Notes: generated by a model from the sequence alone, not told the origin. DNA of 64,000 nt from Octopus vulgaris (GCA_951406725.2 OX597814.1:196416001-196480000); one strand, 5' to 3'. Shown: positions 45,401 through 58,736, counted from the stretch's first letter. Numbers and translations: made by a program.

Positions 45401-46409
45401 GCATTTATGTGACATTTTTGCCCAAGGGGACAGTTACCCTTTGTTGTAGTTTTAATCCATTTTTTGTTTGTTACAGTCAGTTTCCATTTTTGTGAAGTTT
45501 TTGACGGGACAAGTCATCTTTAAGAGAAAAATTACTGCTTTAAAAATTAATTTTATTCGAATGAAGGAAAGCGACATGCATTATACGTTGACAGAAGTCA
45601 GTATCAGTAATGGCGGAAGGATTCCAATGCTATGCAATGGAAAGTCAAAATTTTTTCAGTTAAAGGTGTTTTTCCATATTCAATAGAGGAGGATATGTTA
45701 ATCAGTCAAAATGCTTCTTAAATTAGGTATCCATACCTATCATTCTTACATGCTATAATTATATTCAGTGGGACGAGCCGAATATCTTTGTGAAAGAATT
45801 TACACCGGAGCAGAAAGTCTAATTAAGACCTAATTAAGATCTAATTAAAGATTTCTTATTGTCTTCCAATAAATGGAATGTTTCTTAATTTCTTCCTTCC
45901 ATGTCAACTGAGTCTAAGACATGTTTCTATGTTGCATTCATCACGTAACTTGGAAACAGTGTTTCTCTATGTTTCATCCTAATTAGCGTATAGTGATTAG
46001 TAGAAAATGCTTCATAAATTAGAAATCCATACCTAAAATGGTTCTTAAGTGACATGAATAGATTCAGCTAGGTTTAGTGAACATTTCTACGAAGTAATTG
46101 ACACTGAAGCAGAAACACTAACTTATTCCTAATTACGTGTCTAATTAAAATTTCTTAATTTGTTTTTCCATACCCGTTTTTTTTTTTCTTAATTTTTCAT
46201 TTAAGTATCATTTGTGTCTAAGGAATAATAGTCAATGTAATTCATTACTGGAGCTTAAAGTCTAATTAAATTAATTATTTACGCAAGTTGATTATCTCAT
46301 AATTAAGTAATCCGTACCTAAGCATACTTAAGAATCACGTTTCATGGTGTTAGGACCATTTGTACACATATTGTGCCCTGCAAATATTTTGGAGCTTCAA
46401 GTCAAATCA

Positions 46410-46697
46410 AATCAGGACTGGCTCTCGGTCTATCTGGAAACATGGGTGTTTCGTTCAACATCCTTAAACAACCTTTATTCAGGGTCCTTTTGAGCGGGAT
46501 GGGTTACTCGACCAGAAGAAAATTCTAACTGGGCCCCACCTGCAAGGTCGTATGAGATCACCATGTCGCGCACATATGGTTGAGATGCATGTGCCTAGTG
46601 TACCCTTATCAGACGGGTAGTCATGATGGGTATATTGGACTTAGTATATTTTACCCCCAGTGTCACTTTGATGGCATGCACTGCTCTCTTACTCAAT
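46410..46697 (+). mobile_element. Non-coding element ending in (TAA)n (SINE or LINE 3' UTR); related pieces at 55087-55212 (+) and 56531-56594 (-)
   Basis: Shared AGACG(G/A)GTAGTC(A/G)TGATG..CCAGTGTCACTT; both plus-strand copies end ..TCAATAAT. Confidence 0.7.
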
Positions 46698-46736
46698 AAT
46701 AATAGTAATAATATTAATAACAACAACAACAATAGA

Positions 46737-46822
<86 letters not shown>

Positions 46823-46833
46823 TGATGATGATG

Positions 46834-46870
<37 letters not shown>

Positions 46871-46904
46871 TGATGATGATAATATAATAATAATAACAAT
46901 AATA

Positions 46905-46945
<41 letters not shown>

Positions 46946-46955
46946 AATAATAATG

Positions 46956-47003
<48 letters not shown>

Positions 47004-47176
47004 GCCAAAAATGGCAACGACAAAATAATAACAGCGATAATAAAAATATATCTATGACAAGTGCAATGTTTAAAGTTTAGCGGGAGAGTTAGAGACTGTT
47101 TAATAGACCAGTGAGGAAGGACGTCAAGAAAGGCGGGCCTCTACAAGCACAACAACAGCACCAACACCCCACCTTC

Positions 47177-47340
47177 CTACGCAACCGCTGAGCCTGGATG
47201 CGCATTCATCCATCCGTCCGTTAATGCTCTCGGTGTCGGGGGGTTGACCTGCTTTCTCTTCTGCGGAGTCTTACGAATAGCAAAAGGACCAGGTTTCGGA
47301 CTTCTCCCACTAATGAGACGAAGACCACTTCGCTCAACAG
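47177..47340 (+). mobile_element. Isolated SINE tail module (same as 49533-49685) followed by (CAA)/(CAC) repeats
   Basis: ACGCAACC.CTGAGCCTGGAT..TTGACCTGCTTTCTCTTCTGCGG.GTCTTACGAATAGCAAA..CTTCGCTCAACA. Confidence 0.8.
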
Positions 47341-47371
47341 CAACAGCACCTACAACAACGTCGTCACCACC

Positions 47372-47403
<32 letters not shown>

Positions 47404-48219
47404 CAACAACAACAACGACAACAGCAACAGCAGCATCAACAACAACAACAGCAACAACACCACTACGACCACCAACAACAGCACCATATCCACCTCCCAA
47501 AACACCCCACCACCACCACCACCACCACCACCGGCAACATCACGAACAACAACAACAACAACAACACTACCACCAAAAACAATAGCAGCACATCCTCCTC
47601 CAAAACCACCACCACCACCACCGTCAAGAACAAGAACAACAACGGCAAATCAATAAGAACAACAAAAAGTAATATAACAGTGCCTGCAGGAATAGTGCTG
47701 AGTTTTATGGACGTCGAATTACGCCGAGTAAGTGAAAAGCAACAATATCTATAATGAATAATGATAAAAATGAGCAATAACTAAGAATAACGATAACAAT
47801 AATGGTACATTAATATCCATAAAGTGTAATATGAGACACCGACATCATTCACTGTATGTCTTGCAGCCAACCACTGCGTGTTCCTAGAAGAGAAGACAGC
47901 AGGGGGATATTAAATGTCTGGGAACTATCTAAAAAGCAGTTTTTAGTAATATTTCTTTAATTTGCTTATTCAGAGTAAGGCCGGGTACGCATATATTTTT
48001 TTCTTTTATCAATTAGTGAATTTTCATCAGAAAAGTGATATGAAGTTGATGTGTAAGCCGTAGCTGTTTGGTAAAGAAGTTTGTTTCAGAGCTATGATGT
48101 GTTGGTTTCAGTCTCGCGGCGTTTGGCATCTTGGACAAGTGTTTAATATTAAAGCCCCGAACCGACTGGTGCCTTGGGAGTGAATTAGGCAGACAGTAAC
48201 TGTGCGGACGTTCATCATG

Positions 48220-48390
48220 TACGTTTCCTGGCTCCTTCCCTGCATGGACATCAATCGCTTACAGCCATCAGTAAAACTCTACATCACTCTCCAGGTTCAG
48301 TGAAAACGTCGATACTTGTTCAAGAAATAAGTCTAGGTGAATTCCCTTCTGAAATTTTCCAAATTTGCTTTATTTGTTTCACAATACCCA
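48220..48390. repeat. Unclassified dispersed repeat, second copy at ~50189-50375
   Basis: ACGTTTCCTGG..TTCCCTGCATGGACATCAATC..TAAGTCTAGGTGAATT..CTGAAATTTTCCAAATTTG in both. Confidence 0.8.
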
Positions 48391-48419
48391 TATATACACA
48401 CACACATATATATATATAC

Positions 48420-48502
<83 letters not shown>

Positions 48503-48663
48503 CTTTATTTAAAAGCAGCAGAAATATAACAAAAGCTGTTACTCAGAGTTTCACGGTCCCGTTCGTCGGACAATTTTGGTGTTTTAACAAAACTGTCCGA
48601 CGAACGGGAACGTGAAACTCTGAGTAACAGATTTTGTTATATTTCTGCTGCTTTTAAATAAAG
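48503..48663. mobile_element. Near-perfect inverted repeat (~75-bp arms), each arm with a minimal hammerhead-like motif; Penelope-like pseudo-LTR relic
   Basis: Plus arm 48593-48630: CTGT-CCGACGA-ACG GGAA CGT-GAAA-CTC T GAG TA-ACAG; sits between (TA)n and (TATC)n. Confidence 0.75.
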
Positions 48664-48738
48664 CATATTACTCTACCGCTGGTGTTTGAGTACTCTTTTT
48701 TCTACCATGTTTCACATTTATGTGCTTACTCCGGTACA

Positions 48739-48807
<69 letters not shown>

Positions 48808-49323
48808 ATATATATTGTTATATTTCGAGATGGTAATTTTTTCTTGCCAAATAAAAACATGCACTATATATTCGTTCACCCCTTCTTTATTACTGTTCTT
48901 ACTTCTATTATCTGTAAATCTCTTGTCACACACCTGTGACCTCTTCAGCAACTCTCCATCCTACGTATCTCCTCCTGCTGTCCATGATAATGGACTAAAC
49001 ATGAGAATAAACGAGTGTGTTTTGTGTGTGTGTGTGTGTGTCATTGTATTTGTCTCCACTCTGCTTGAGAACCGGAGTTGGTTTACATCCCCTTAACTGA
49101 GCCGAAACCGATAGAATACGTGCAAAACGTGAAACAAATATGTATTTGGGTCAGTTGGTCGGACTAATCCAATCACGGCTTTACCCTCAGTGAGGCCGTA
49201 GTTCAAAAGACTATGTGCAGCAATAAATCTCTCACAAAAAATGTCGGTGTTTCGGCGAACTTAAGGTAACGTATAAAAGTACTTGACTGATTAAATCCAA
49301 TGCAAAAAGAGCAGCAAAAGCAA

Positions 49324-49699
49324 GTGAAGGCGCAACAGCCCAGTGGTTAGGGCAGCGGACTCACAGTCGGAGCATCGCGGTTTCGATTCCAAGACCGGGC
49401 GTTGTGTGTGATTATTGAGCGAAAACACCTAAAGCTCCACGAGGCTCCTGCAGGGGGTGGTGGCGACCCCCGTTGTACTCTTTCGCTCCAACTTTCTCTC
49501 GCTCTCTCTTTCTGTTTCTTATCCCCGACTTCTCACGCAACCACTGAGCCTGGATTCATCCATCCGTCGATGCTCTCAATGTCGGGGTTTGACCTGCTTT
49601 CTCTTCTGCGGGTCTTACGAATAGCAAAGGACCACGTTTCGGACTGCTCCCACTCACCTGGGACAAAGAGCGCTTCGCTCAACAAACAAACAAAAAACA
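49324..49699 (+). mobile_element. SINE with family C head/body and a different tail; 14-bp TSD
   Basis: AGCAGCAAAAGCAA at 49310-49323 and 49700-49713; first ~195 bp match 5730-5923. Confidence 0.9.
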
Positions 49700-49761
49700 A
49701 GCAGCAAAAGCAATATTTGTGATACAATTAAAGGACATCATCAGATATATTGAATATCAAC

Positions 49762-49794
<33 letters not shown>

Positions 49795-49847
49795 GTAGAC
49801 TGCATTTGTTAAGTATTTTCACCAAATATTATCGAGTCGTCGCATTA

Positions 49848-49881
<34 letters not shown>

Positions 49882-51122
49882 GGAAAGAATATTTTAGCCC
49901 GCAGTTTCCAAGAACGTATCTCCTTTCATGTGGTCAGGACCGGAAAATGTTGCTTTTAGCTTAAAGAGGCGTCGGTTTAGGTATAGCTAGGTGATGTCAG
50001 TTTAGGTATAGTTCTTGGTTGGCGTGCACCCTTATTATAAACACCAGAGCTTCTGACATCAACTTTTTCCTAATACCACAGTCTGAAGCCTCAGTACAAA
50101 ATTGGCTACACGCATTACATACAAATATGCACGTACATATACAGGTACCTATTCATACACGGCTTCAGGATTCGAGGGACACTCCTTCTACGTTTCCTGG
50201 TCTCTTCCCTGCATGGACATCAATCCCATACAGTCAACAGCAAAGCCCTCATTCTCTCTTTAGGCACAGTGAAGACACGCCGACACTTGTTCAAGACGCG
50301 CATAAGTCTAGGTGAATTTCCCTCTGAAATTTTCCAAATTTGTTTTTTCCATCCCGGTTTTTCACAATGCCCATAAGCCAGATGTTAACGCATCTTGCAC
50401 TCTAGCAGTACAGAGCCGTCGCCATACTTTTCCTAGCAGCCTTTCTGATGAGCGCCAGGATTAGGTTTTGCCATGAATTGCATACGAAACCGTTTGGTAA
50501 ACCTCGAGAGAAATAGAATATGCTAAACGTTCTGTGTAAGTATTAATATATATCTGTGTGTGTGTAAGAGAGTGAAAGTATATGTATATGTGCGTATATG
50601 TACATGTTTGATCATCTATCTATATCCCTATTCATATATAAGTATGTATGTATATATATATATATATATAGTGTTTGCATATTAGTATATATAGGTTCGG
50701 CTGTGTCGCATATACTAGCTTTTATCGTTCTATATGATTTGAGGAAGTATACATATGGATTTATATCCTACAAACTAGCGTGGACGCACCCGAATAGCTC
50801 AAGGCAATGCAAATGAAAAAAAAGAAACAAAACAAATATATAATTTCCCTCACACGTATGCTCCGTCCCTCACACACATGGCGAGCCCAAGGAAATTTGC
50901 GTATTTTTCGAGTAAGAAAAAGGTAAGTTGCCATCGGCATTGGTTTCCAACGACCAAATATTCAATAAATACTCTACAGTATTAAGCATCGTTTCCTCAT
51001 TTCGTTACTACTATTACCGTACACACATGAATGTAGGTTTATATGTAAGTACACACACACATGCACTTACTTACAGATACATATATATATATGTAGATAT
51101 ATTTATGCTTTTATATATACCT

Positions 51123-51231
<109 letters not shown>

Positions 51232-51336
51232 CACACACATATTTAAACATACATATAGATACGTATAAATATATATTGATATATTTATGCTTGCATACAT
51301 ACATATATATATGTGTATATATATATATAATATATA

Positions 51337-51373
<37 letters not shown>

Positions 51374-51378
51374 CACAT

Positions 51379-51413
<35 letters not shown>

Positions 51414-52136
51414 CGTACACACACAGAAATGTGCACGCTTGTTTTGCTTGTCATAAACATGTATGGAAGACTTATATGGAACCAGTGCGCATGAGAATAT
51501 ATTGCCAATATGTTTGGCTGTTGGCATAAATACATACAGGCCGAGAAAATATACTTAATAGCCATATTTATGACAGCTATTTAAACATCGTACTATTTCT
51601 CTGTATCAGAGGGTATGAGTTTACTTAGACTTTTCTTTAAGGGTCTGGATAATGATTTTCTGTAGATTGATATTAATGTAACATGCGCTAATACATTTAT
51701 AAATGTTATGTGAAATTGATAGTATATAGTATATTTTAGTGGAGCCATCGTTGGTGTAATTTAGTAGGAACTAAACTATTGTGGGGTGTTCTCTAGTATG
51801 ACCTAAGAAACTAGCAAGCTATTCGTAGGATATATGCGTGTTAAATTTAAGTTGAAAAGTAATACGAACGAATTAAAATTATTGTTGTGAACTATGTTGG
51901 TACCAAGTAATTAACCTGCAGATGAGTAATTAAACTGCAGAAATTAACTACGGGAAGGAGAATAATGAAATTTTTATATATCTTCGGAAAATGGGAGAGA
52001 GAAAGAGAGAAAGAGAAAAAGAAAGAAAGGAGAAAAAGATGGAAGGAGGAAAAGAGCGTTACAGTAAACAGAAAGCCAAAGAGGGAAAAAAAGATCATAT
52101 ACAAAACATAGAAAATATCTAGTTTAAGAATCTATA

Positions 52137-52343
52137 CAGTAATCCTTCGCCATATTGCGGTTCACCTATCGCGCATACTGTACATCGCGGATTTTTCTTG
52201 TTAATACATGTAAATTTATATCGCGGACTCCTCAGTATTTCGCGGGTTTCTGCGACCGATAGGTATTTATATTTTTTTTAGATTTTTATGATTTCTGTGG
52301 GAACATTTGGAATTTAATACCCGCGATAGTCGATGGTTTACTG
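52137..52343. mobile_element. pogo/Tigger-like MITE
   Basis: TA|CAGTAATCCTTCG..GCGG / CCGCGATAGTCGATGGTTTACTG|TA: imperfect TIRs, TA TSD. Confidence 0.75.
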
Positions 52344-52379
52344 TACTGCAAACGATTTCAGTTAATAATCAGTTGTATC

Positions 52380-52565
52380 TTTAGCACAGCGTGTAAAGTG
52401 TTTAGCAACATTTCATCCGTCTTTATGTTCTGAGTTCAAGTTCCGTCGAGGTCGACTTTGCCTTTCTGGGTCGATAAAATAAGTAACTTTTGAGCACTAG
52501 AGTCGTTGTGATCGAATTATGTACCCCATTCCCGAAATTGCTGGCCTTGTGCCAAAATTTGAAAC
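52380..52565 (+). mobile_element. SINE family B, older variant
   Basis: GTTCTGAGTTCAAGTTCCGTCGAGGTCGACTTTGCCTTTC..CCTTGTGCCAAAATTTGAAAC. Confidence 0.7.
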
Positions 52566-52648
52566 TAGAATTTAGATGCATTTTCTTGTTTCTCAGTAGA
52601 TTCATTGGTTAACGAACTAATAACAAAAAAGAAGTGAAATAGAACCAT

Positions 52649-52856
52649 TACTCTTTTACTCTTTTACTTGTTCCAGTCATGTGACTGTGGCCAGGCTGGA
52701 GCACCGCCTTTAGTCGAGCAAATCGACACCAGAACTTATTCTTTGTAAGCCTAGTTCTTATTCTATCGGTCTCTTTTGCCGAACCGCTAGGTTTCGGGGA
52801 CGTAAACACACCAGCTTCGGTTGTCAAGCGATGTTGGGGGGACAAACACAGACACA

Positions 52857-52901
<45 letters not shown>

Positions 52902-52962
52902 ACACATACACACACATATATATATATATATAGAGAGAGAGATACATAGATAGATACATAGC

Positions 52963-53025
<63 letters not shown>

Positions 53026-53026
53026 G

Positions 53027-53102
<76 letters not shown>

Positions 53103-53266
53103 GATATATAAGACGGGCTTCTTTCAGTTTCTGTCTACTAAATCCACTCACAAGGCTTTGGTTGGCCCGAGGCTATAATAGAAAACACTTGCCCAAGGTG
53201 CCACACAGTTGGACCGAACCCGGAACCATGTGGTTGGTAAGCAAGCTACTTACCACACAGCCACTC
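52649..53266 (-). mobile_element. SINE family A with internal (CA)n(TA)n(GATA)n expansion
   Basis: Intact head and tail flanking ~250 bp of microsatellite. Confidence 0.92.
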
Positions 53267-54471
53267 TTTCGCCTACGTACATTGTATGAATTTATTTATT
53301 CTTGACCTAATGATCCTCTCGAGATACAACAAAATATGTTTCAACAAACGAGTGAAAATCAAGAATCTTTCAAACCAAATTCAAAACATCTCTTTTCTGT
53401 TAAATTTCTCTGCCATATGGACATGGCATTTGCAAAAGAACATCGCCATCTGTTCTCACAAGCATGGTACAGCTCTAAAGGAAGATTGGTCTGCTAATCC
53501 AAGAGATTTTCTGTCACCCGTTGAGGAACATAGGAATTATCAAACACTTTCACTGGTCTAGCCTGATATATTTTACCTGTATTTGCTTACACACACACGC
53601 ACACACATACGCAGACACGAACGCACGTAGGAGCACACACACATACACACAAACGCATCGGAAAAGTATGAAGAGCTGATACGCGCTGTACGTGTGTATG
53701 TGTGGGTATTTGAATATAATAAGTTTATTTTTTAATACAGGAGGTAAATATTTCTATTACATATCTATGTGTTTGAAAATAAAGATACAGCATTATATTT
53801 TCACATAACAAATATTTTCCTATAACAGATATACTGCAAAAATATCATTGTGTGATTTCACAAGGTGAGATTTACACACACACAAAAATAGAAAAAGAAT
53901 CACGTTATTGAAAAGTTTTCGTACAGTAAAAATGTTATCGTATGAAAAAAGTTGTCGCATAAAAAATGTTTTCGTATAAATGAAAAAATTACTGAATAAA
54001 ATATTTTAGTGAACGTTCTTAACCAACGGAAGTTTTGTAGGAAAAAGAAAATCATATTATACTAACGGATCTCGCTGCAGATCAGCCTGAAATAATGAGG
54101 CCTAGAGGAGAACAAAAGAACATACCAAAAAAGGAGTTAAACAAAGATATTATGGGTTCCGATATGTTGCACCCCTCATCAGTTGTCAAACAAATATCAT
54201 CATAATTTCAACACTTACGATTTAGAATGAAGTATTTAAATTAAATCAAACACTATTCTTATTAACTTTAATTTGCTTTTTATGCAATGGAGAGTAGAAA
54301 TAATAGTGAACCAAAATATCCTGTGTACAGTTTAAGTAACTTTCCTTCTGTTTCGATTTTAAATATCCGTTTGACTATGATTTGATCTTCCAGTATGTAC
54401 AATAACAAATATTTGGTATCATATAATCAACTATATTATCCATCTAAAATGTGTAACCTGTCGCTGTCTCA

Positions 54472-54527
<56 letters not shown>

Positions 54528-54529
<2 letters not shown>

Positions 54530-55062
54530 TGTAACCATTCTGTGGGACTTTCCAGTACATTCAGACCGAACCATCAAGGCCAATAAACCAGATATTGTTG
54601 TGAAAGACCAAAACAATAAAGTTTGCTTATTGATCGACATGAGTATCCCCTGTGATCATAATATCTCAGCGAAAGAGTTTGACAAGCTCAGAAAATATAA
54701 AAACCTACTCATTGAAATTGAGAAAATGTGGCATCTCAAGGCGGTTACAATACCAGTGATCATAGGAGCATTAGGAATGATCAAGAAGGGAACCGAAAAT
54801 TATATGAGAATGATCCCTGGCTTACCATCCCTGCAAGAAGTGCAAAAGATTGTCTTAACTGGTACATCACACGTATTGAGAAGAGCATTGTCGATGTGAC
54901 AACTGTTGCTGCTCAAAAAAAAAAAAAAGAAGTTTTTTAAATGAACGAACAATGGAGTTTGGTTTAATGGCCTACCAATGTATACTATGAGTTTCTTTGC
55001 TCTAGGAGTCGGGAAGACACTCGGCAAGAAATGGAAGCAAATTTGAAAGAAGAAAAAAAAAA
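54528..55062 (+). mobile_element. R4/Dong-like LINE 3' fragment (subfamily 2) in (TAA)n
   Basis: ILWDFPVHSDRTIKANKPDIVVKD..LIDMSIP..DKLRKY..IPVIIGALG..HVLRRALSM*. Confidence 0.9.
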
Positions 55063-55236
55063 GTAATAATAATAATAATAATAATGACATGGGGTTGTAA
55101 TGCATATGCCTGGTGTACCCTTATGAGACGAGTAGTCGTGATGAGTATATTGGGCTTCGTATAATTGTACTCCAGTGTCACTTGCATGGCATGCGTTGTT
55201 CTCTCATTCAATAATGATGATGATAATGATGATGAT

Positions 55237-55460
55237 ACTCTTTTACTCTCTCTTTTACTTGTTTCAGTCATTTGACTGCGGCCATGCTGGAGCACCGCCT
55301 TTAGTCGAGCAAATCAACCCCGGGACTTATTCTATGTAAGCCTAGTACTTATTTTATCGATCTCTTTTTGCCGAACCGCTAAGTGACGGGACGTAAACAC
55401 ACCAGCATCGGTTGTCAAGCAATGCTAGGGGGACAAACACAGACACACAAACATACACGC

Positions 55461-55506
<46 letters not shown>

Positions 55507-55664
55507 GACGGGCTTCTTTCAGTTTCCGTCTACCAAATCTACTCACAAGGCTTTGGTTGGCCGAGGCTATAGTGGGAGACACTCACCCAAGATGCCACGC
55601 AGTGGGACTGAACCTGGAACCATGTGGTTGATAAGCAAGCTACTTACCACACGGTGACTCTTGC
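55237..55664 (-). mobile_element. SINE family A
   Basis: Full reverse-complement match. Confidence 0.92.
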
Positions 55665-55691
55665 GCGTATGATGATGATAATAATAATAAC

Positions 55692-55909
<218 letters not shown>

Positions 55910-55917
55910 TAATAATA

Positions 55918-56128
55918 ATTCAGACAAATACATAACAAAAACACCAGGACTTACAAACACATATAACATACAGAAAATTGCACTACTAGGCACTGCACAC
56001 ATCCTACGCAGAACACTTTCCATACAATAACCATCAGAGCATCACAACAAATCACAGCACATACCCAAGGCACACAGAGCTGCGCTCGGTAGTGAAGTGA
56101 AAGCACGCTATAAAAATAAAACTACTGA
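55918..56128 (+). mobile_element. R4/Dong-like subfamily 1, 210-bp 3' end in (TAA)n
   Basis: Almost identical to 4568-4778. Confidence 0.92.
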
Positions 56129-56189
56129 ATAATAGTAATAATAATAATAATAATTTTCTAGCCTTAATGCTCCTCTCGAAATTGCTCAA

Positions 56190-57340
56190 TGATATACAGT
56201 ACAGTTATAAAATGTTTGATAAAAAATATAAATCAATTCATTTACATTGATGATTTAAAGCTCTTTGCAAAAAACGACACAAAACGACAGGGTTTACTAG
56301 CGGTTGTTAAACAATTCATTGATGACATCAGGATGCTCATTGGCCTCGGTAAATGTGCAAAAGCTACCTTTATCAAAGGAAAAATGACAGAAACATCCAA
56401 TGTTAATCTTGACCAAAGAATGACAAATGTGGCGGAGAGCCACAAATACCTAGGAGTATTTGAAGGGGACGGAATCAAACATTCAGTGATGAAGGGTAGG
56501 ATCAGAAGAGAATGTTATTGCAGGGTAAGAGTATGCAAGTGACACTGGGGTACAATTATGCGAAGCCCAATATACACATCATGACTACCCGTCTTTCTAC
56601 ATCTGCCTTAGGGTGGTGCATTCTATGCATTGTCAACTATTTTCATATTTTCCGTCAAGATTACATATTTCAGTAATTGACCAGTTAATGATACAGAACC
56701 TGTAAGTCACTACTGGTATGGCTAAAGTATTGATCGCTTCGGTCCTGTTTCTTGCATTCAGCTCTGTCTTCAGTGTTACTTTATCTGCCAAGAAAAGATG
56801 GAGACCTGGACTTTTACAATTGGCATTAACAATGAAGATTGTCACAATTGGCCTAGATACCAACCTGAAAAACTTTGAGGACTGGATGTTAAAACTTGTC
56901 ACAAAACATGAAAACAAGAAAGCATCATACTCAGTAACAAAACAGGTGAAAGTATATTTGAGTGAATACCAAATACAATAAATTCCAGAATTAGACATAC
57001 TAGAAACAAACACAGAAAAAGCTAATCGTATGAAAACCCGTGCTAAAACTGCTACCTTAGATATTCTTACTGATAAATGGCAAGGAAAACATCTTAATGG
57101 CAAATACCCAAAGAAAGCTAATAGTGTCGATGTTGACACTATTATCCATCAATGGCTAGTAGCTTCTGGCTTAAAATCAAAAACAGAAGGGTTTATCATA
57201 GCAGCCCAAGATCAATGCCTACCTACAAGAAACTACCAGGCCAACATATTAAAGAACGAGAGCTGCCCAACATGTGTATGCCAAAAACAAAATGAACGTA
57301 TTGATCATGTTGTCTCCGTGTGCAGTCTTCTTGCGCCTCC
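56190..57340 (+). mobile_element. R4/Dong-like LINE RT-to-knuckle fragment with internal inversion (~56592-56778)
   Basis: YIDDLKLF..GLGKCA; inverted LKTELNARN..AINTLAIPV..MHHPKADVER; resumes LYLPRKDG..TEGFIIAAQDQCLPTRNY. Confidence 0.88.
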
Positions 57341-57642
57341 CCAAGCCTTCAATCATATTGTCACTTTTTCTTATCCTCCATTACGGAGCAGGAAGATGTA
57401 ATGTGAGATTATATGAGAAAATGAATACATTTTTAAAGGAAAAAACAATCACTAAATTCCAAACAAGGAATAGTTCCCCAAAAGGGGATTCTATGATGAC
57501 TACTCATTGGAGCGCCACAAAACTATACTGACATCTAAGGCAAACGCCAACTTCCAGTTTTCCTCCGACCTACAGCTTCATGCTCGAAGAAGGCCCATTC
57601 TCTTTGACCATGGCTACCACTTTCGCATATCTTTCAGCAAAT

Positions 57643-57930
57643 CTACTAGAGGGCAGTCCTTTCATTTCTACCCAAACTTTTCTTTTCAAGTGAATCTTGA
57701 CAAAGTTATGAGGGCTTCACCAGAGAAATACGTTTTTAGACCTTTCAACTTCCTCCGCCAAAGTCAGGTAAAGGTTCACACATTTGTCAACGAAGCTACT
57801 AGAGGGCAGTCCTTTCATTTCTACCCAAACTTTTCTTTTCAAACGAATCTTGACAAAGTTATGAGGGCTTGGCCAGAGAAATACATTTTTGGCCTGTTCA
57901 ACTTCCTCCCCCAAAGTCAGGTAAAGGTTT
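57643..57930. repeat. Tandem duplication, period 153 bp
   Basis: CTACTAGAGGGCAGTCCTTTCATTTC starts at 57643 and 57796. Confidence 0.92.
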
Positions 57931-58736
57931 TACCTTTCTTCCTTGCGGAGTAGATGAGATAAAGTATCATTCACGTACTGCGGTCGATATACAATTAACT
58001 CCTGACAATGAGAAATTGCTGGTCTTGTGCTTATATTAGAATCTACGAATATCAGAAACATCCATTTGCGAAAATAATTCTCCTCAACAGTGAAGACCTT
58101 TGTCAAATATTTTATAGAGGATAAGTTTTTGCAACTCTACAATTTTTGTCTTAATTCCAATATAAATCAGTGACAGATATCTTATATTTCTCTGTATATC
58201 ATTCTTCATGGATCGATAAAATAATTTCCTTTAAACTGCCAGATAAGTTCATAAATATCGCATTATCCCCGACGAATTAATTTGCTTCGTAATCCGTAGT
58301 CGATTGCATTACTAATTATCTGCCCTTCTATGAGTTGATATAATTTCTCTTGAGCTCCGCAACAACAACGACGACAGCTGATATCCTTATATTAGATCAT
58401 GTTTCAGTGAAGCATTAATTTAACCGACAAATAGATCGGCTGATGTCAGTAAAACCTATAGGTTTAAGCTTACACCACTGTTGACAAGTTTGTTGTACAA
58501 ATTCAAAAGTCTTAATACTCAATGCTGCACGGGATACGTTGATATCGGAGATCTTTAGTTACAAAGGATGTATCATTTTTATTCCTTTTAATACCAAACT
58601 CTTTAAGAAGACTTCCCATTCTATGATGTGAAAAAAAAACCCTTTTGTATTGAAATGTCCATCTTTAAACTGAAACCTCCCATCCTAACGATATGCAAGA
58701 AAAATCAGCTCAACAATGGTTTCATTTATTGATATA

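Larger units (their letters stand above)
48052..49210 (+). mobile_element. Very degenerate SINE A split by insertions
   Basis: Head-like 48052-48220, tail-like 49030-49210; interior holds the 48220-48390 repeat, (TA)n, the inverted element and (TATC)n. Confidence 0.5.

Noticed and set aside
47244-47585. Pro/Thr/His/Gln-rich ORF resembling a transcription-factor tract
   Set aside because: SINE tail plus (CAA)/(CAC) microsatellite.
50444-50500. Exact CTGATGA..GAAAC hammerhead core (similar weak hits near 14935-14990 -, 18735-18765 +, 49245-49746 -, 54150-54186 -)
   Set aside because: Stems I/II pair poorly; cannot separate from chance by eye.
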